Positions 41,655 to 55,392 of a stretch of DNA of 64,000 nt are shown one piece after another. Under the pieces are notes generated by a model. The model was not told the origin of the DNA and searched no databases. It saw nothing but the letters and a program-made list of their open reading frames with translations. The position numbers and the translations under genes were made by a program. Origin of the DNA: Octopus vulgaris. Taxonomy: Eukaryota. The stretch covers positions 105,152,001 through 105,216,000 of the forward strand of contig OX597821.1 of NCBI GenBank assembly GCA_951406725.2, in the 5' to 3' direction. How positions within the stretch are numbered: the first letter of the stretch is position 1; each line of letters starts with the position of its first letter.

Positions 41655-41996
41655 AGAGGTAGAAGAAGAAGATGGAGAAGAAGAAGAAGAAGAAGAAGAA
41701 GAAGAAGATGGAGAAGAAGAAGAAGAAGGAGAAGAAGAAGATGGAGAAGAAGAAGACGAAGAAGAAGAAGAACAAGAAGAACAAGAAAAACAAAAAAGAA
41801 GAAGAAGAAGAAGAAGAAGATGGAGAAGAAGAAGACGAAGAAGAAGAAGAAGAAGAAGAAGAAGAAGACGAAAAAGAAGAAGACGAAAAAGAAGAAGAAG
41901 AAGAAAAGAAGAAGAAAAACAAAAAAAAAGAAGAAGAAGAAGAAGAGGAAGAAGAAGAAGAAAAGAAGAAGAAGAAGAAGAAGAAGAAGAAGAGGA
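40305..41996. repeat. Complex (GAA)n-based array with higher-order repeats
   Basis: (CAC)/(CAA)/(TAA) run, then ~1.6 kb of nearly all-purine GAA variants; ~180-bp and ~575-bp periodicities. Confidence 0.95.
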
Positions 41997-42557
41997 AATC
42001 TGAAACTATAAATGGAGTTGCAAAACTCGAAACTGAGTCGGTAGGAGCAGCTAGTGTCGTGACTGCACAAACTGGAACACCTATTCAGATATAGATTGAA
42101 TTAATGATGTACACAGGAATGGCAATGGTGAGACAGAAATGAATCATATGGGAGTTTCATTCTCCATATAAATATAGAAAAGTAATAAAATTATTTTCGA
42201 TACAAAATAATTAGTAATTGCATGAATATACGGAAATACAAATGAATCAAATTCGCAAGGCTGTGACAAGCGGGACGAATATCGTATCAATTGTCAAATA
42301 TAATATGAATCAAGTCTTACCTTTGAGAATTAAGTGATAGATTTCTTCATTAGTTCAAGATATGTAGAGAAACGAAGATAATTTACACGAAATTAAACTT
42401 TTAAATTATGCAGGAATAACTCTATTTTGGCATGAAGACTAGTTTTCACTAGTAAATTCTTAGTGCAACACAAATCTTCAACTTTTCCAATAATTTAGAC
42501 TTTCCCTAAGTAAGAATTCATATTGCGCTGTGTTGATTTCAAAATGATACATAAAAA

Positions 42558-42800
42558 CGCGAGTGGTATAGTTGTTAGGTTATTGAACTCACGATCTGGC
42601 CATCATGATTTCGTTTTCTGGACTGAGTGCCGTGGTTTGTTCTTGTGTAAAAAGCACTACTCTTGATGCTTCCCTCGTCCTGGGGTATGACCGTCGAGTT
42701 GAATAATAGACAGAACATTTTGTATGCGTTTCGCAAAAGTGGTTGTGATGAGATTTCCTCTCCAAACTTGTAAAACCCTCACAAGAAGATGACTATCCAA
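42558..42800 (+). mobile_element. Heavily decayed tRNA-derived SINE
   Basis: cgcgagtggtatagttgttagg...ctcacgatc head resembles the 13459 family. Confidence 0.5.
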
Positions 42801-42877
42801 AGAGATTGAAAGGCTGGAATAAGGGATCCTCAACACATGGTGGATGCAGCGACGTGCTATTAGAGCACATACCGACA

Positions 42878-43072
42878 TACTAGTACTACTACTAATTCTA
42901 CTACTACCACTACTTTTGCTGCTGTTGTTGATCCCGACTCCTCCGCCACCAACAACCCCTACCCTCCTGCTCCTCCACCACCACCTGCTCCTCTACTTCT
43001 TCCTCCACTTGCTCCAGCTCCTCCTCCTCCTCCTACTACTACTTCTACTATCACCGACGAACCACCACCACC

Positions 43073-43140
<68 letters not shown>

Positions 43141-43170
43141 AACTACTACTACTACTACTACTACTACTAG
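42878..43170. repeat. (CTA)n/(CTC)n/(CAC)n trinucleotide region
   Basis: Directly visible. Confidence 0.9.
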
Positions 43171-44254
43171 AGAACTAGATATGCGGAATCTTACTGAAGC
43201 GACTATATTTGTCAACACATTTCACAGCCAAAAAAACATACAAATCATAAGATTCCACAGTCGACAATCATTTTAGAGAGAGAAAGAACATTTCGTACCC
43301 TTCAAATCTACTTCGTAATTTTAATCTAATTTGATTGTCTTTGATGATATAAAATAATACGTGTGTTTCGTATACTTTTCCATTATGGATTCCGACCTGC
43401 TTTGCAGTGAAGGCGCCTGGCCTGGTGTTTAGTGTGTTGTAGTCATCATCATAGTATTGTCGTTTCAAATCCTGGACTGAATGTTGCGCTGTATTCATCA
43501 GCGAACCACTTCCTTCACGTTGTTCCAGTTTACTCAATTCATTTAAGTTCCAAATGGGAAGAACACACTGGAAATGTTCGACGTCCTATCCAGTTGGGAT
43601 ACATGTAATCTCAGCTGCTTACATAGCATGAGATTCAGATTAAGCGCCAGAATTATAAGTTATAGGGTTTATAACAGACCTCAGCACGTAGTGAAGAAAT
43701 TTTCGCTCTAGAGATGTCTTTTCCAAGCTTTATAAATTAGATATTTGTAACCGAAATTTCTCTTATTCATTAGAATTTGCACTTTCAACTTCCAACTTTA
43801 AGATATACGAAAGAAAAAAACATTCATATATATATATATACATATATACATGAGCTTTTCCATTTTACATTGATATATTTATGATCTCTATTCAAACGTT
43901 AACAATTTGAAAAGACAGTACGTCATCATATACTTCATTAGTTATCTGTATATGTGCTGACTGGAAATATATACATTTGAAAGATGTAATTAGATGAAGA
44001 TAAATACCACACACTTCCAGAAACAATATCTTCTCAGTCATATATTATTCTCACAGTAATTATGAACGAAGTAAATGGTAGGTCGAAGGTTAAATTCTCA
44101 TATTTCAATAAACGGTATGTTTTTGCAACAGCAATTCTTACTTTGAAAGTGGCTTAAAATTACGTTACGTAAGTTGGCAATCTATTGAATAAATGATACA
44201 GTATTGATATTTTCATACAATCCTTCTATCTATCTATCTATCTATCTATCTATC

Positions 44255-44375
<121 letters not shown>

Positions 44376-44412
44376 CCAGTCTCTCGGTGTGTCTCTCTCT
44401 GTATGTATCTCA

Positions 44413-44452
<40 letters not shown>

Positions 44453-45764
44453 GTGTGTGTGCGCGCGTGTGTGAGCGTGTTTATGTCTCTCTCTCTCTGT
44501 ATGTGTATGTGTGTGTGTATAGATAATGTTTATACTTACGCACAGGTCTGTTTGTGCAGTGTCTGTTCTTGTATGATCATTTGGATTAATGCATTGTAAA
44601 TGAACCGTATTTTCAAAGATAGCTATATTCCCCAGGCAAAATAATATTTTCGGAATGTTGCATTGACAATTTATGGCAGACATATAACAAACACTGAAAC
44701 ATACAAACACTCTTATGTGTATATATATACATATATGTACAATCAAAAGCACTTAGTACTTGCGGCGATATAATATTTTCAACAAATTGCATCGATAGAA
44801 GAAGCATTCAGTTAAAACTTCCCCAACAAATCATGTCGAAAAATGTTGAAAAAATAATAAATCCAAGCCAGATAAACGAAATATATAGATAACTTTGACA
44901 GAAACAGTAAAATCACTCCTTGCGCTCTTTGTGAGAAATATCCAACTCAGTGGAAATAAGTATTAAGTAAAGATAGAGCGGTTGATATGTACAGGTATAG
45001 AAATATTAGAAACGTTGCCCAACGGAATGCAGTTGTGTATATAATGGTAGGGAGCGGGCGAAATTTGACCAGATTTCACTAACACTCTTTAAAGAATCGG
45101 TGGTCGAGAGGAATTCTCGTAAGAGGTAAATCTTACTTAAAAACATATACCGCCATCATTTAAAAAGACAGGACACCTCGATCGTGTAATAAAGGAGACG
45201 CTAAAGTTAGATATATGCTTAATGATTTATTTAATTTCTATACATTTTATGCTATCTCCTGTTGTGTTTTGCCCACACTTGCAGAACTAGACGTACAACT
45301 GTATCATAGTTGTGTGCGTAGCCGTGTACTGGACCCTGTATTATTCATGTGGGTGGAAATAAAATTGTGTCTACGTATAGAAGAATGCACTAGACGTATA
45401 TCACAGTTGTAATTTATACTGATTACATCTTTTGCTACGTTGCTCGTCTTTTCGTTTCACTTGTTTCATTCATATTTGCTTAATGACTGAAACAAGTAAA
45501 AGAGTAAAAGAGTAAAGAGAGTGAGAAAGCATACGTTCGCGCGTGATTTGTCTTTTATTTTGGGGAAAATGAAGGTATGCGCATTACAATTAGCAGAAAG
45601 CTGGGGCGCGAAAGTGCTATACTGACTACAGTACTTTAACCGATTTAAAGTAAAACTCTGTGAGACGTACATCATATTTCTGCAATTAAACACACAAAAG
45701 CGCATACACATAGTTGCGTGCGCACAGAGGCGGTCAGCATATGATACGTTGGACTTGCTAGGTG

Positions 45765-45945
45765 ACTTACCTTCGACTTCCGCCGTTATGTGATGCTGCC
45801 AAGCCACAAAAATGGCCAAAAAACGGTTTCCATCACACCCAAGTAGAATTGTAAGTTATCTCACCTGTCTGTAACGATCAGCTGTTTTTTCAACATCCGG
45901 TGATCTGAGGGTTTATATACGCCACCACGTCAACCGGAAATACAC
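45765..45945 (-). promoter_or_regulatory. Putative Pol II promoter with two alternative first-exon donors
   Basis: CpG-enriched; TATATAAA (45919-45912), TGACGTGG (45932-45925), ETS-like sites (45934-41, 45894-900, 45776-83), YY1-like GCCATTTT (45809-16); donors CAG|GTGAGA (45865/45864) and AAG|GTAAGT (45771/45770). Confidence 0.6.
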
Positions 45946-45983
45946 AAATCATATACATTAATTATATGTGTTAATAATAGATA

Positions 45984-46610
45984 TCTATTATATAAAACCC
46001 GTTCTGAATGGGTGCGTGTGTGTGTGTAATCTATAATGTAAATCCCGTTCTGTGTGTATGTGTGTGTGTTTATAACGGCCGTTTATTTCAACTGGTTCTC
46101 TCCAAACTGGGAAGGTACATCACTTATGGTCCAGGGATGCTTTTAGGCTCTTAAGACTTCTCACATAATGAGTAAAGGGTCCCCTGGCGGGGTGGGGTCA
46201 GAAAATACTTGTCCTTAGGTTACGTGGAGAAAGGAGGTATCTATTTGCGAAGTACCTATTAGAAATTGACTGACTCCCTTACATCAATTGGTCATAAGAA
46301 TATTACTTTTTATATTAGATTCATGTCTTTCAAAGGTTCTAAAAATATTTAGTGCTGCAGTGGCGGAAATGTTAAACTCCCCGTGATACCCCAACCTTCA
46401 GAGCCATTAAAGAAATTATTGTCATTATCGGACAAAGATTCCATGGAATTCCAAAATAAAATCAGATAATACAACGCTGCACTACAGATGACATAATTTG
46501 CAGTCGCAAGAGATTTCAGTGAGCTGGGATCCATGCAAACTTTCAAGATCCAAGGTCAAGCTTATTATCGGATTGGGCCGCTACTACCTCTGTCAAATAA
46601 ATTACCAAAA
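45984..46610 (+). mobile_element. Helitron 5' end and RepHel N-terminal coding remnant
   Basis: A|TCTATTATATAAAA start; CCSGGNVKLP..PQPSEPLKKLL...KIR*YNAALQMT*F...TFKIQGQAYYRIGPLLP at ~46353-46595. Confidence 0.88.
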
Positions 46611-48024
46611 TCGGCCTTTCATTGCTTATAAATGCTTTGTATTTATTTTATATGCATATATGAGTAGTACACTTTGTTTTAACATTTCACTTAACGTCTA
46701 TGTTCCATGGTGGCATGGGTTGGAGAGTCATTAATTTAGAAAGTTAGTATCTCAGCGTAATCTAGACAGTGTTTTTAAAATTCATTATTTCCTTCAACTG
46801 TTTTTACTTGTTATATATTGATCATTCATTTTTATACTTTTTGAGAACTAGTTATGTTTTACAAAAATATATATTATTTGTTATTTATGTTTTGGTTTGT
46901 GTCTATCACTGTTTAAGTTGCATAATGGTGGTTTTATATTCATATGTGTCCATAATTATGCGTACATACATGCTTACATACAGATAAAACTCAATTATAA
47001 ATCTATATATACAGAGTGTTCGGGATAAATTTTCAAGCTTCTATTAAAAGGAAATTAAGCACAATACGCCATCAAAAATTGAAGTATATTTCTAAAAGTC
47101 AAAATATTTCAAATAAATTATAGCTGAAAGATAAGTTTACTCAGAGTAGCCGAATATATTTCCACTGCCGCTTCTACAGGGCTCTGGAATCTGGTGCTTG
47201 CGTTCTTTACTATTCTCAACCGCACCTCACACATAATAGTTCACATATACAAACGTATGTATATTAATACATATATATTAATTAGCTTATTACAATTTGT
47301 GATTAAACGCCTGCTTTTAGTTTTAATTGTAGTGTATTTTAACTTCGCTTGAAGTGTGGTCCACCTTATTCAGGTATATTTGTCTTTCGCCTTACTCTTT
47401 GTGTCAAATCAAACTTAAGGCACATGTTATTGTTGCTGACATTCAAATATGAAATAAGTATTTACTATTTTATTTGCGGTAATGTTGCGGTAGTTGTCAC
47501 GCACTCCTTCAAGTTCTTTAAAGTTGAAGGCTTTTGATTTTGTACCTCTCGTTATCTTTTCATTGTAGCGTACGTTTTCTTGCGGGGAATGGACTTTTCT
47601 TGTTAGGCTTACTCTTACTGGCGTATCCCTTCATGTGATACACAGTAGACGTGTGGTAGAGAGTATTCTGGATCACGTTTGGCGATCTCAGATGAATTAG
47701 TGCAGACTATTGGTTAATATGAAGTGACAGAGTACTTGACTCCTATCGAGACTGACACAGAATACTCGGACCATGAAAATATATGTGCTCGTAAACAATA
47801 TTTATATAGGCCTGAATATATATTGCCTAGGTAAGTCTACATACGTACATATATACATTATAAAAACATATATACATAAAAAAATTAAAAGAATTAAAAT
47901 TTCAAAAAATGCGAGTAATTTTTTGATGAATACTTAGGTACCTACCACAGGCAGTTATATAGAAGCGCCTGTAGTACATATATTTATATCCTTAATGATC
48001 ATATAAAATTTAATTTTATAAACA

Positions 48025-48190
48025 TAGGCTTAGGAATGGTTGTGTGGTAAGTACCTTGCTTACGAACCGCATGGTCCCGGGTTCAGTCCCACTGCGTGGA
48101 ACCTTGGGGAAGTGTCTGCTTTCGCCTCGGGCAGACCAAATCCTTGTGAGTGGATTTGGTAGACGGAAACTGACAGAAGCACGTCGTATA
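48025..48190 (+). mobile_element. SINE 5' half
   Basis: ggttgtgtggtaag...cccgggttcagtcccactgcgtgg; same family as 39440-39858. Confidence 0.88.
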
Positions 48191-48192
48191 TA

Positions 48193-48259
<67 letters not shown>

Positions 48260-48478
48260 TCAAAAATTGTGAAGCATGACTGTCAACACTACTACATGAA
48301 CCCGAAGATTGCAGAATTCAATGCATGAAAGTACTAGTTCAATCAGAATGAATATTTAACATTCTACTATTTCATTTTATTTTATTCAATTATAATATAT
48401 TATCATATAATATATCATATAAGATTGTAAATAAAACGTATCATTGGAATTTTTTTATAATATATATATATATATATA

Positions 48479-50707
48479 CTAGCTGATGGTGACCCGCTCT
48501 ACGCGCGGGTAAGAGTGTGGTTGTTACTTTCTGTTGCTTCCTTTCAGCACGTAAAAAGCACCAACCGATCGTGGCCGCTGCCAGCCCCCCTGGCACCCGT
48601 GCAGGCGGCACGAAAAAAGCACCCACTACGCTCACAGAGTGGTTGGCGTTAGGAAGGGCATCCACCTGTCGAAACACTGCCAGATCAGACTGGAGCCTGG
48701 TGCAGCCTCCTGGCTTCCCAGACCCCTGTCAAACTGTCCAACCCGTGCTAGCACGGAAAACGGACGTTAAACGATGATGATGATGATGATTCTCCCTCTT
48801 TGTTTCTTTCTCCTTTCTCTCTCACTTTCCCACTCTCTTACTCTTCCTTTCTCTCGGACTCTCCCTCGCTTTCTCTTACTCTCTATATTTATGTATCTCT
48901 CTCCCATTTATAAACAACAAAAGATCTTGAGTAAGTTGAGAAATAAAATATTTAGAAAGATCAATCATAAATATCAGGCAGTTACAAAGGAAAGGTCTGC
49001 TTCAAGACAGACAGCAAAACACTAACATTTAAAAGGGACAGACGAACTTGCGAGCTGAAGAAAAATAATAAAATATTGGAAACCAAAGTTTGAAGGGATA
49101 GAATTTGAGGATAGTAGAGTCACCATGGCTGGCATTTCTTAACGACGGACAGCAGCGTATTGACAGTTCAACGGCTGGCGTAAAATTTTGAACTTGATGT
49201 AAAAGAAAATCCCTAAAAACCAAGTTTTGAATTGATTCTTTCTCACGACAGTAGACTCACGATGGCAAGCATTCAAAACTTCTTCATCATGGACGGCAAC
49301 ACATTGACGATTAAAAGGCTGGCGCAAATTTTTTAGCTTGATGTAACAGAGAATTGCTAAACACCCGCTCCTTTAAATTTCAATCCCCTTCCAGCCCCAT
49401 TTAGACCCCTTTTCACATCTTGGGTAATATAACCCGATTTCATTTGGGTCTACTGGGGCCACATTTCATAAGATGAGGACTCAACCAAGTTTCCCAAGTT
49501 CTGGTCATAGACCATAAAACATTCAAACAAGTTTCCCGAGTTCTGGTCATTTGCAGAATAAATAGAGACGGCGGAGGTGGCAGACGTCGTTGCAATGTAA
49601 ACATGATTTGTTATAAGAGAAAGATTGTCCAGATTGTGTGTTGATGGTGGTGGTGGCGATGATAATTATCTTTAAGAATGGAGATAAAGAGAAATTGAAT
49701 GGGAGTTAGAGGTAGAAAGAGAAGGTGTAAATTTTGGAGTGAATCCGACGGGATGTAGTGGGCTTTAACCCCGGCAAAAAAAATAATATCTGTTGCGTTT
49801 CTGAAAGAGGTGAAGTAGGAATATTGAAACTTTTGCGGCTGTCATTAATAGACTCGTTGTAGAATAAATAGAGACGGCGAAAAAAGAGAGAGCTCGAGAA
49901 AGAAAAGGTGATATATGAAAGAGAGGACGGGAAAATGAAATATTTTGCAATGTAAACATGATTTGTTTTAAGAGAAAGATTGTCATGATTGTGTGTTGGT
50001 GGTGTTGGTGGTGGCGATGATAATTATCATTAGGAAAAAGAGTGAGTGAGTGAGGAAGACATACATAAGTTGTGGCGATGATAATTGTAGACCCCTTTTC
50101 ACATTTCGATGAAGAGAACCCGATTTCATTCGGGTGTACTGGCGCCACATATAGGTGTGTGTGTGTATGTGTGCACGCTGTAGAAATTAAATTAGAGATA
50201 AAACTACTAATAGGGAAATGAAACAGTAAAAAACCAAAAACAAAAACATAAAAATAAAAATATAATATTAGATATATGTATATATGTGTGTGTGTGTTGA
50301 CAGGTAGAAAATAGAATGCGATGGAGATGGCGATGGCGAGGGCGATGTAATATTTGTTTCTGTCTTTGAACGCTGATAGATACATGAGTAAAATGTATGG
50401 GAAGCTAAGAGATAAGAGTGAGTGAAAATGTTGGTGGAAGAGAGGAAATAGCGAGAGAGTGATTTGAGGAAGACTTTACATTAAATAACTGGAGTGGACT
50501 TGTCAAATGAAGAGGAGTGAGAGGGTACTGGAGGAAATAGGGTGAGTGAGGAAGATGGCCCCTAGCAACCACACCTTTTAAGATAGGGATTTCTAAGGTA
50601 GCCCACGAGCATCGTCACCTCATTCTACATGTCCCTGTAAATTTTGGAGCGAATCGGACGGGATGTAGTGGCATTGAAAGCGATCCAAGCGGTAAAAACG
50701 CATTTCA

Positions 50708-50720
<13 letters not shown>
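48479..50720 (-). mobile_element. Non-autonomous Helitron with internal duplications
   Basis: Minus-strand 3' CTAG|T at 48479 with hairpin ACCCGC..GCGGGT (48492-48510); 5' TATATAAAACTGAA resembles the 3523 element. Confidence 0.7.
48547..48791 (+). mobile_element. SINE/LINE 3' part with (GAT)n tail (RTE-type tail)
   Basis: ttggcgttaggaagggcatcc...ggaaaacggacgttaaacgatgatgat. Confidence 0.75.
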
Positions 50721-50751
<31 letters not shown>

Positions 50752-50754
<3 letters not shown>

Positions 50755-50992
50755 GTGTGTGCATATGTTTGTGCGTCTGTGCTTCTCCCCCCAACATCGC
50801 TTGACAACCGACCCTGGTGTGTTTAGGTCTCCATAACTTAGCGGTTCGGCAAGAGACTGATAGAATAAATACTAGGCTTACAAAGAATAAGTCCTGGTGT
50901 CGATTTGCTCGAGTAAAGGTGGTGCTCCAGCATGGCCACAGTCAAATGACTGAAACAATTAAAAGAGTAAAAGAATAAAACAGTGAAAGAGT
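50752..50992 (+). mobile_element. SINE 3' half
   Basis: Reverse complement of 39440-39650, including aagagtaaaag tail. Confidence 0.88.
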
Positions 50993-52159
50993 ATTTAACT
51001 TTAGCTTTTAGGAACGAATCTTAAAACGTGTCTGCTCGGAACAGCACCAACAACTCCAGATATTTCCAGGTTACTCCCGAAATCAATTATGTTTTGCAGT
51101 CGAAGCAGGAAGGAAACCAAAAATTTTGGAAATAACTATCACTGATGTACTTCATTTTGTGTCATATATGTAAAGCCATTTTTTAATCAACACTGATATG
51201 AACAGCTGATATAATGACATATAGACAATGTTTGTCTAAGGTGGTCACTTTGTAATTTGTTATTCTATAGGAAGGCTAGCTTTAATGTCAACAATAATTA
51301 ATTACTACCAGCTATTACATTAATCACTTTGTAGCATTTTATTATGTTTACTCCTATCAAAAGTGTTTTTTTTATAAATGCATTTTTTTTATATTCCCAT
51401 TATACTAAGTAATAAATTAAAGAATGTTATTTTCATAGGAAAATATAAAGCAAAAAATTGATAATGTTTTTTATATATAAATTCCCAGTTATGTTACAAT
51501 ATCTAGTAAGCTACTGTGACACAGTATTTTCTTTTCCTCGTGGTCTTCATTGGGCACAATTTTAAATATGATCTGACAAATCGATCAGATCAGTGTACTT
51601 GTTTGCTGGAACTAAATCTGTCGTTTCTTTCTATTAGCCATCCGCTTAGTCACAGTGGCATAACTAACTCAAAGGTCATAGAAGTACGTAGATACGTACA
51701 TACATACATGCACACCTAAATATACGTACACACACGCATATATACATATCAATACATCTATATATGACTATATATACACATATTAATACATCTATATACG
51801 CACGCACACACATATATGTTTTTAGATATATGAGTGTATGCTTGCCTGTGTATATGTTTATGTGTATGTGTGTGTGCTTGTGTGTGTGTGTATACGAGTG
51901 TGCACGTTTGTGTGTGTATGTGACAGGTTTTTTTCGCTTTCTGTGTATAAATTCGTCCATAACGCTGTGTTAGGTCCACTGCTCTTGTAGATAACACTTC
52001 CACAATGTTCTACGTAGTGGATCTGAAACAAAGGCAACCTCTGTTCGGACGGAAGGTCGTAGGAACTTTTAAATGAAATGACATTTTTATCAGTATTCAG
52101 GAATATTAATTGCTTTCCACCAAGAAAAAGATATATTTTCAAAGACAACTACGTGACGT

Positions 52160-52845
52160 AAACGGGCAGGTTGTCATCACTGAACTTAAGTAACTTTGAC
52201 CTATGTTGGTGCTGAAAGGGTTGAGCAGTTGGGCAACCTATGTGCAGTGAGCAAATGCAAAGCTCTATGAGAGAAAAGCTCCTCTCTCATGCTCATGAAT
52301 TCGGATTCATTCAGGTTGTGTTGCACCCTAGGTAAGTTTCTTCTATGTGGAAGAAACTAATAGCCACTGAAACAAATAGCAATATCACTGAACTAAATGA
52401 CTTTGTATATGCAGAAGCCACTTCAGCCACAAACGAAGCTGAATACTCCCTCAAATCCTTCCAAACAGGAATACCACTACCCAAACAAACCCTGTGGATA
52501 AATAACATTAAAAAACACCCAAAAATGAGAAAAGATAAGTCGATTCTTAACGAAATCAGTAGACAATCAACGCCACTAAGCAACAAAAAGAAAACAGAAA
52601 TACTGCGCAAATACAACATCACAGAAAAAGATTTACCTGAGATAAAAGAAAAGCTAAAGCAAGATATCCTTGCCAAAGCAAAAAGGATCCGCCGGTACGA
52701 GAAATGCCAACGTTTCTTTGAACAAAACAAACAGTTCAACTCCAACCCTAAAAAGTTCTACCAAGAACTTGGCAAAAATAAAATAAACATCAATTCAGCG
52801 CCAACGGCAGAAGAAGTGGAATAATTCTGGAATAATTATGAAGAT
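52160..52845 (+). mobile_element. R4/Dong LINE 5' fragment (putative UTR plus pre-RT coding region)
   Basis: ORF 52345-52824: EKLKQDILAKAKRIRRYEK..RFFEQNKQFNSNPKKFYQEL...APTAEEVE. Confidence 0.85.
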
Positions 52846-52904
52846 TCGAATAAATCCATTGTCAGTGAATGTGCTTGGCGGAAAATGAGAGTAAAACTGC
52901 CGTA

Positions 52905-53080
52905 TTAGGCGCAGCTGGGTGCTAAGCAGTTTGCTTCAAAACAACGTGGTGGCGGTTTCAATCCCATTGCGTGACACCTCGAGACAGTGCTTTGTATTAA
53001 AGCATTTGGTTGACCAAAGCCTGTGCCCGACCAAAACCCCAGGAGTGGATTTTTAGTCAGATAACAACAGAAGACAACCA
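52905..53080 (+). mobile_element. Old SINE head
   Basis: ggtttcaatcccattgcgtgacacc...gagtggattt. Confidence 0.65.
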
Positions 53081-53088
53081 TACATACA

Positions 53089-53122
<34 letters not shown>

Positions 53123-53164
53123 CATACATACATATATACATGCATGCATACATGCATACATATG

Positions 53165-55135
53165 AGAAATTAACACATTACAACCCACAGAAACACTAAA
53201 ATACTTATCCTCCTTACACCAAATTCATGGAAAGGGTCTCACTAAACATGAAATAGACTATTTATCCAATTATAAATACATTCCTAGTCTATTCTACGGA
53301 TTACTCAAAATACATAAAAATCTACCCATTTGTGAAGACTGCAAAGTCTCTACAAGCCTAAGCATTAATGTCCCTCCCTCTACTGACCTCAAACTGAGAC
53401 CTATCATAGCTGGCTCTTCTTCTGAAACCCACCGTTTGAGCAACTTCCTCGACATATTACTCAAACCTCTTTTAAAATATGTGAAAAGCTCTATAAGGGA
53501 TGACCTAGACATGCTGAAACATCTCCTGAACACAGTAAAGGAAGGAACCCTGCTGGTATCTTTCGATGTGGTGAATTTATACACCAATATCCCACACGAC
53601 TATGGTATAGAAGCAATCACATTCTGGCTAGAAAAATACCCAGAAGAGATCCCAGGACGCATTAACCACAGTTTTATAATTGAAGCACTCAAATTCATCC
53701 TGCTGAACAATCATTTCATGTTCGATACAACTTACTATCGACAAAAATGTGGAATTGCAATGTGAACCAGAGCTGCTCCAGTGATTGCAAACCTTGTAAT
53801 GGGTTAGCTCGAACTCAAGTTATACCAATCATCAATAGAAAAATATGGTGCCTCTTTTAATTGCTACTTAAAGGAGAACTGGAAGAGATATTTGGATGAT
53901 TTCTTCATACTTTGGAAACACAGCATGGATAAACTCCTTGATTTCAAAATAACGCTCAACAACATACACAGCAATATACAATTTACTATGGAACACAACA
54001 GTATACAACTCCCTTTTCTAGACATCTTAATTAAAAAAGTTAACATCCACATAGAAACAGACATCTTTTATAAACCCACAGATTCTAAACAATACCTATT
54101 ACTTAACTCCTGCCACCCCAAACACATAAAAATCAAGATGCCCTTTAACCTAGCGAAATGAATCTGCACCATAGTTGCGGATACATATACTCGAGAACAA
54201 AGACTCCTTGATCTTAGATCTATACTAACTAAAATACATTACCCAATCTCATTAATAAATGAAGGCATTAAAATAGCTATGGAAATAGATATACAAATGT
54301 TAAGGAAAACTAGCCGAAATACTAAACCAGACTTGAAAATACTCCCATACATTTCCACACATAACCCTAGAAACAACGAAGCCTTCAACATCATCACCCA
54401 AAATCTTCCCATCCTCACAGCAGACAAAACATTGAACGAAATTTTAAGCTCATACAAAATTATATAAAAGGCAAAATGAAACCGAAATCACTGAAAAAAA
54501 TAGTAACCAACGCAAAACTGTATCCACTAACAACAGAGCCAAAAATGAAAAAATGTGGACGTACTAACTGTGGAACATGCCCCCACCTTCTGGAGAGTTC
54601 AAAATTTCACTTCAAACAAGGAGAAATATATAAGATCAAATCGAATTTCACCTGCGCCCCAATAAATGTTATCTATGTCATGATATGCGTAGGATGTGGT
54701 AAACTTTATATAGGACAAACAGGAATTTCACTCCGTCAAGGAACCACCATTCACAAAGAGCAAATCCGCCACCCACAATACAGACAGTTAAAAGTGAGTG
54801 AGCCCAGGAATCTTAATCCCAATTTCCAAATCTTCCCCTTCTTTCAATGTTCACAGAACACCACAATGCAACAAAGGTTGAATAAAGAGGCATTTTTCAT
54901 CAATAAATATCTCCCCCAACTAAATATGAACACACAACTCAATACCGAACACTCCTAACCCTTCCATTTAAACCACTAACCCCTATACACTCCCTACACC
55001 ATTCACATCTCTAAATCCAGAACTACTTACCTCCCTTACAAATAATCTTTTTTCTCAGGAACTATTAGACCTGACACCGTGTATTAGCCGGTGTTTTCAA
55101 AGCGATGTATTTCACTTTGCGGAAACCATGATGCG
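53165..55135 (+). mobile_element. Penelope-like element, near-complete RT plus GIY-YIG, with stops and frameshifts
   Basis: FYGLLKIHK, LRPII, SFDVVNLYTNIP, GIAM*T..AP..ANL.M, WKRYLDD, LPFLD, then CGTC and NVIYVMICVGCGKLYIGQTG. Confidence 0.95.
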
Positions 55136-55300
55136 CTTTGTTTTCTGACTTTATAATCATCTTATAATCATCTCACAATAATGACGTTTATGATTTTTAT
55201 TACTATCTCAGTCAATCTAAATGTATATATTTGCCGTTACCTTTCATAAAAAGCTTTTTTTTTATTTACAATGTGCCTTTTCGTTGATTTTTCACACACG

Positions 55301-55332
<32 letters not shown>

Positions 55333-55334
55333 CA

Positions 55335-55392
<58 letters not shown>

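Noticed and set aside
40194-42094. Long ORFs of 384-598 aa and the poly-K/E ORF ending KSETINGVAKLETESVG
   Set aside because: Products of the GAA/TTC array; no splice or domain support for the short unique tail.
42587-42700. Apparent minus-strand exon ending PENEIMMARS with a GTGAGT donor
   Set aside because: Lies within a decayed SINE head.
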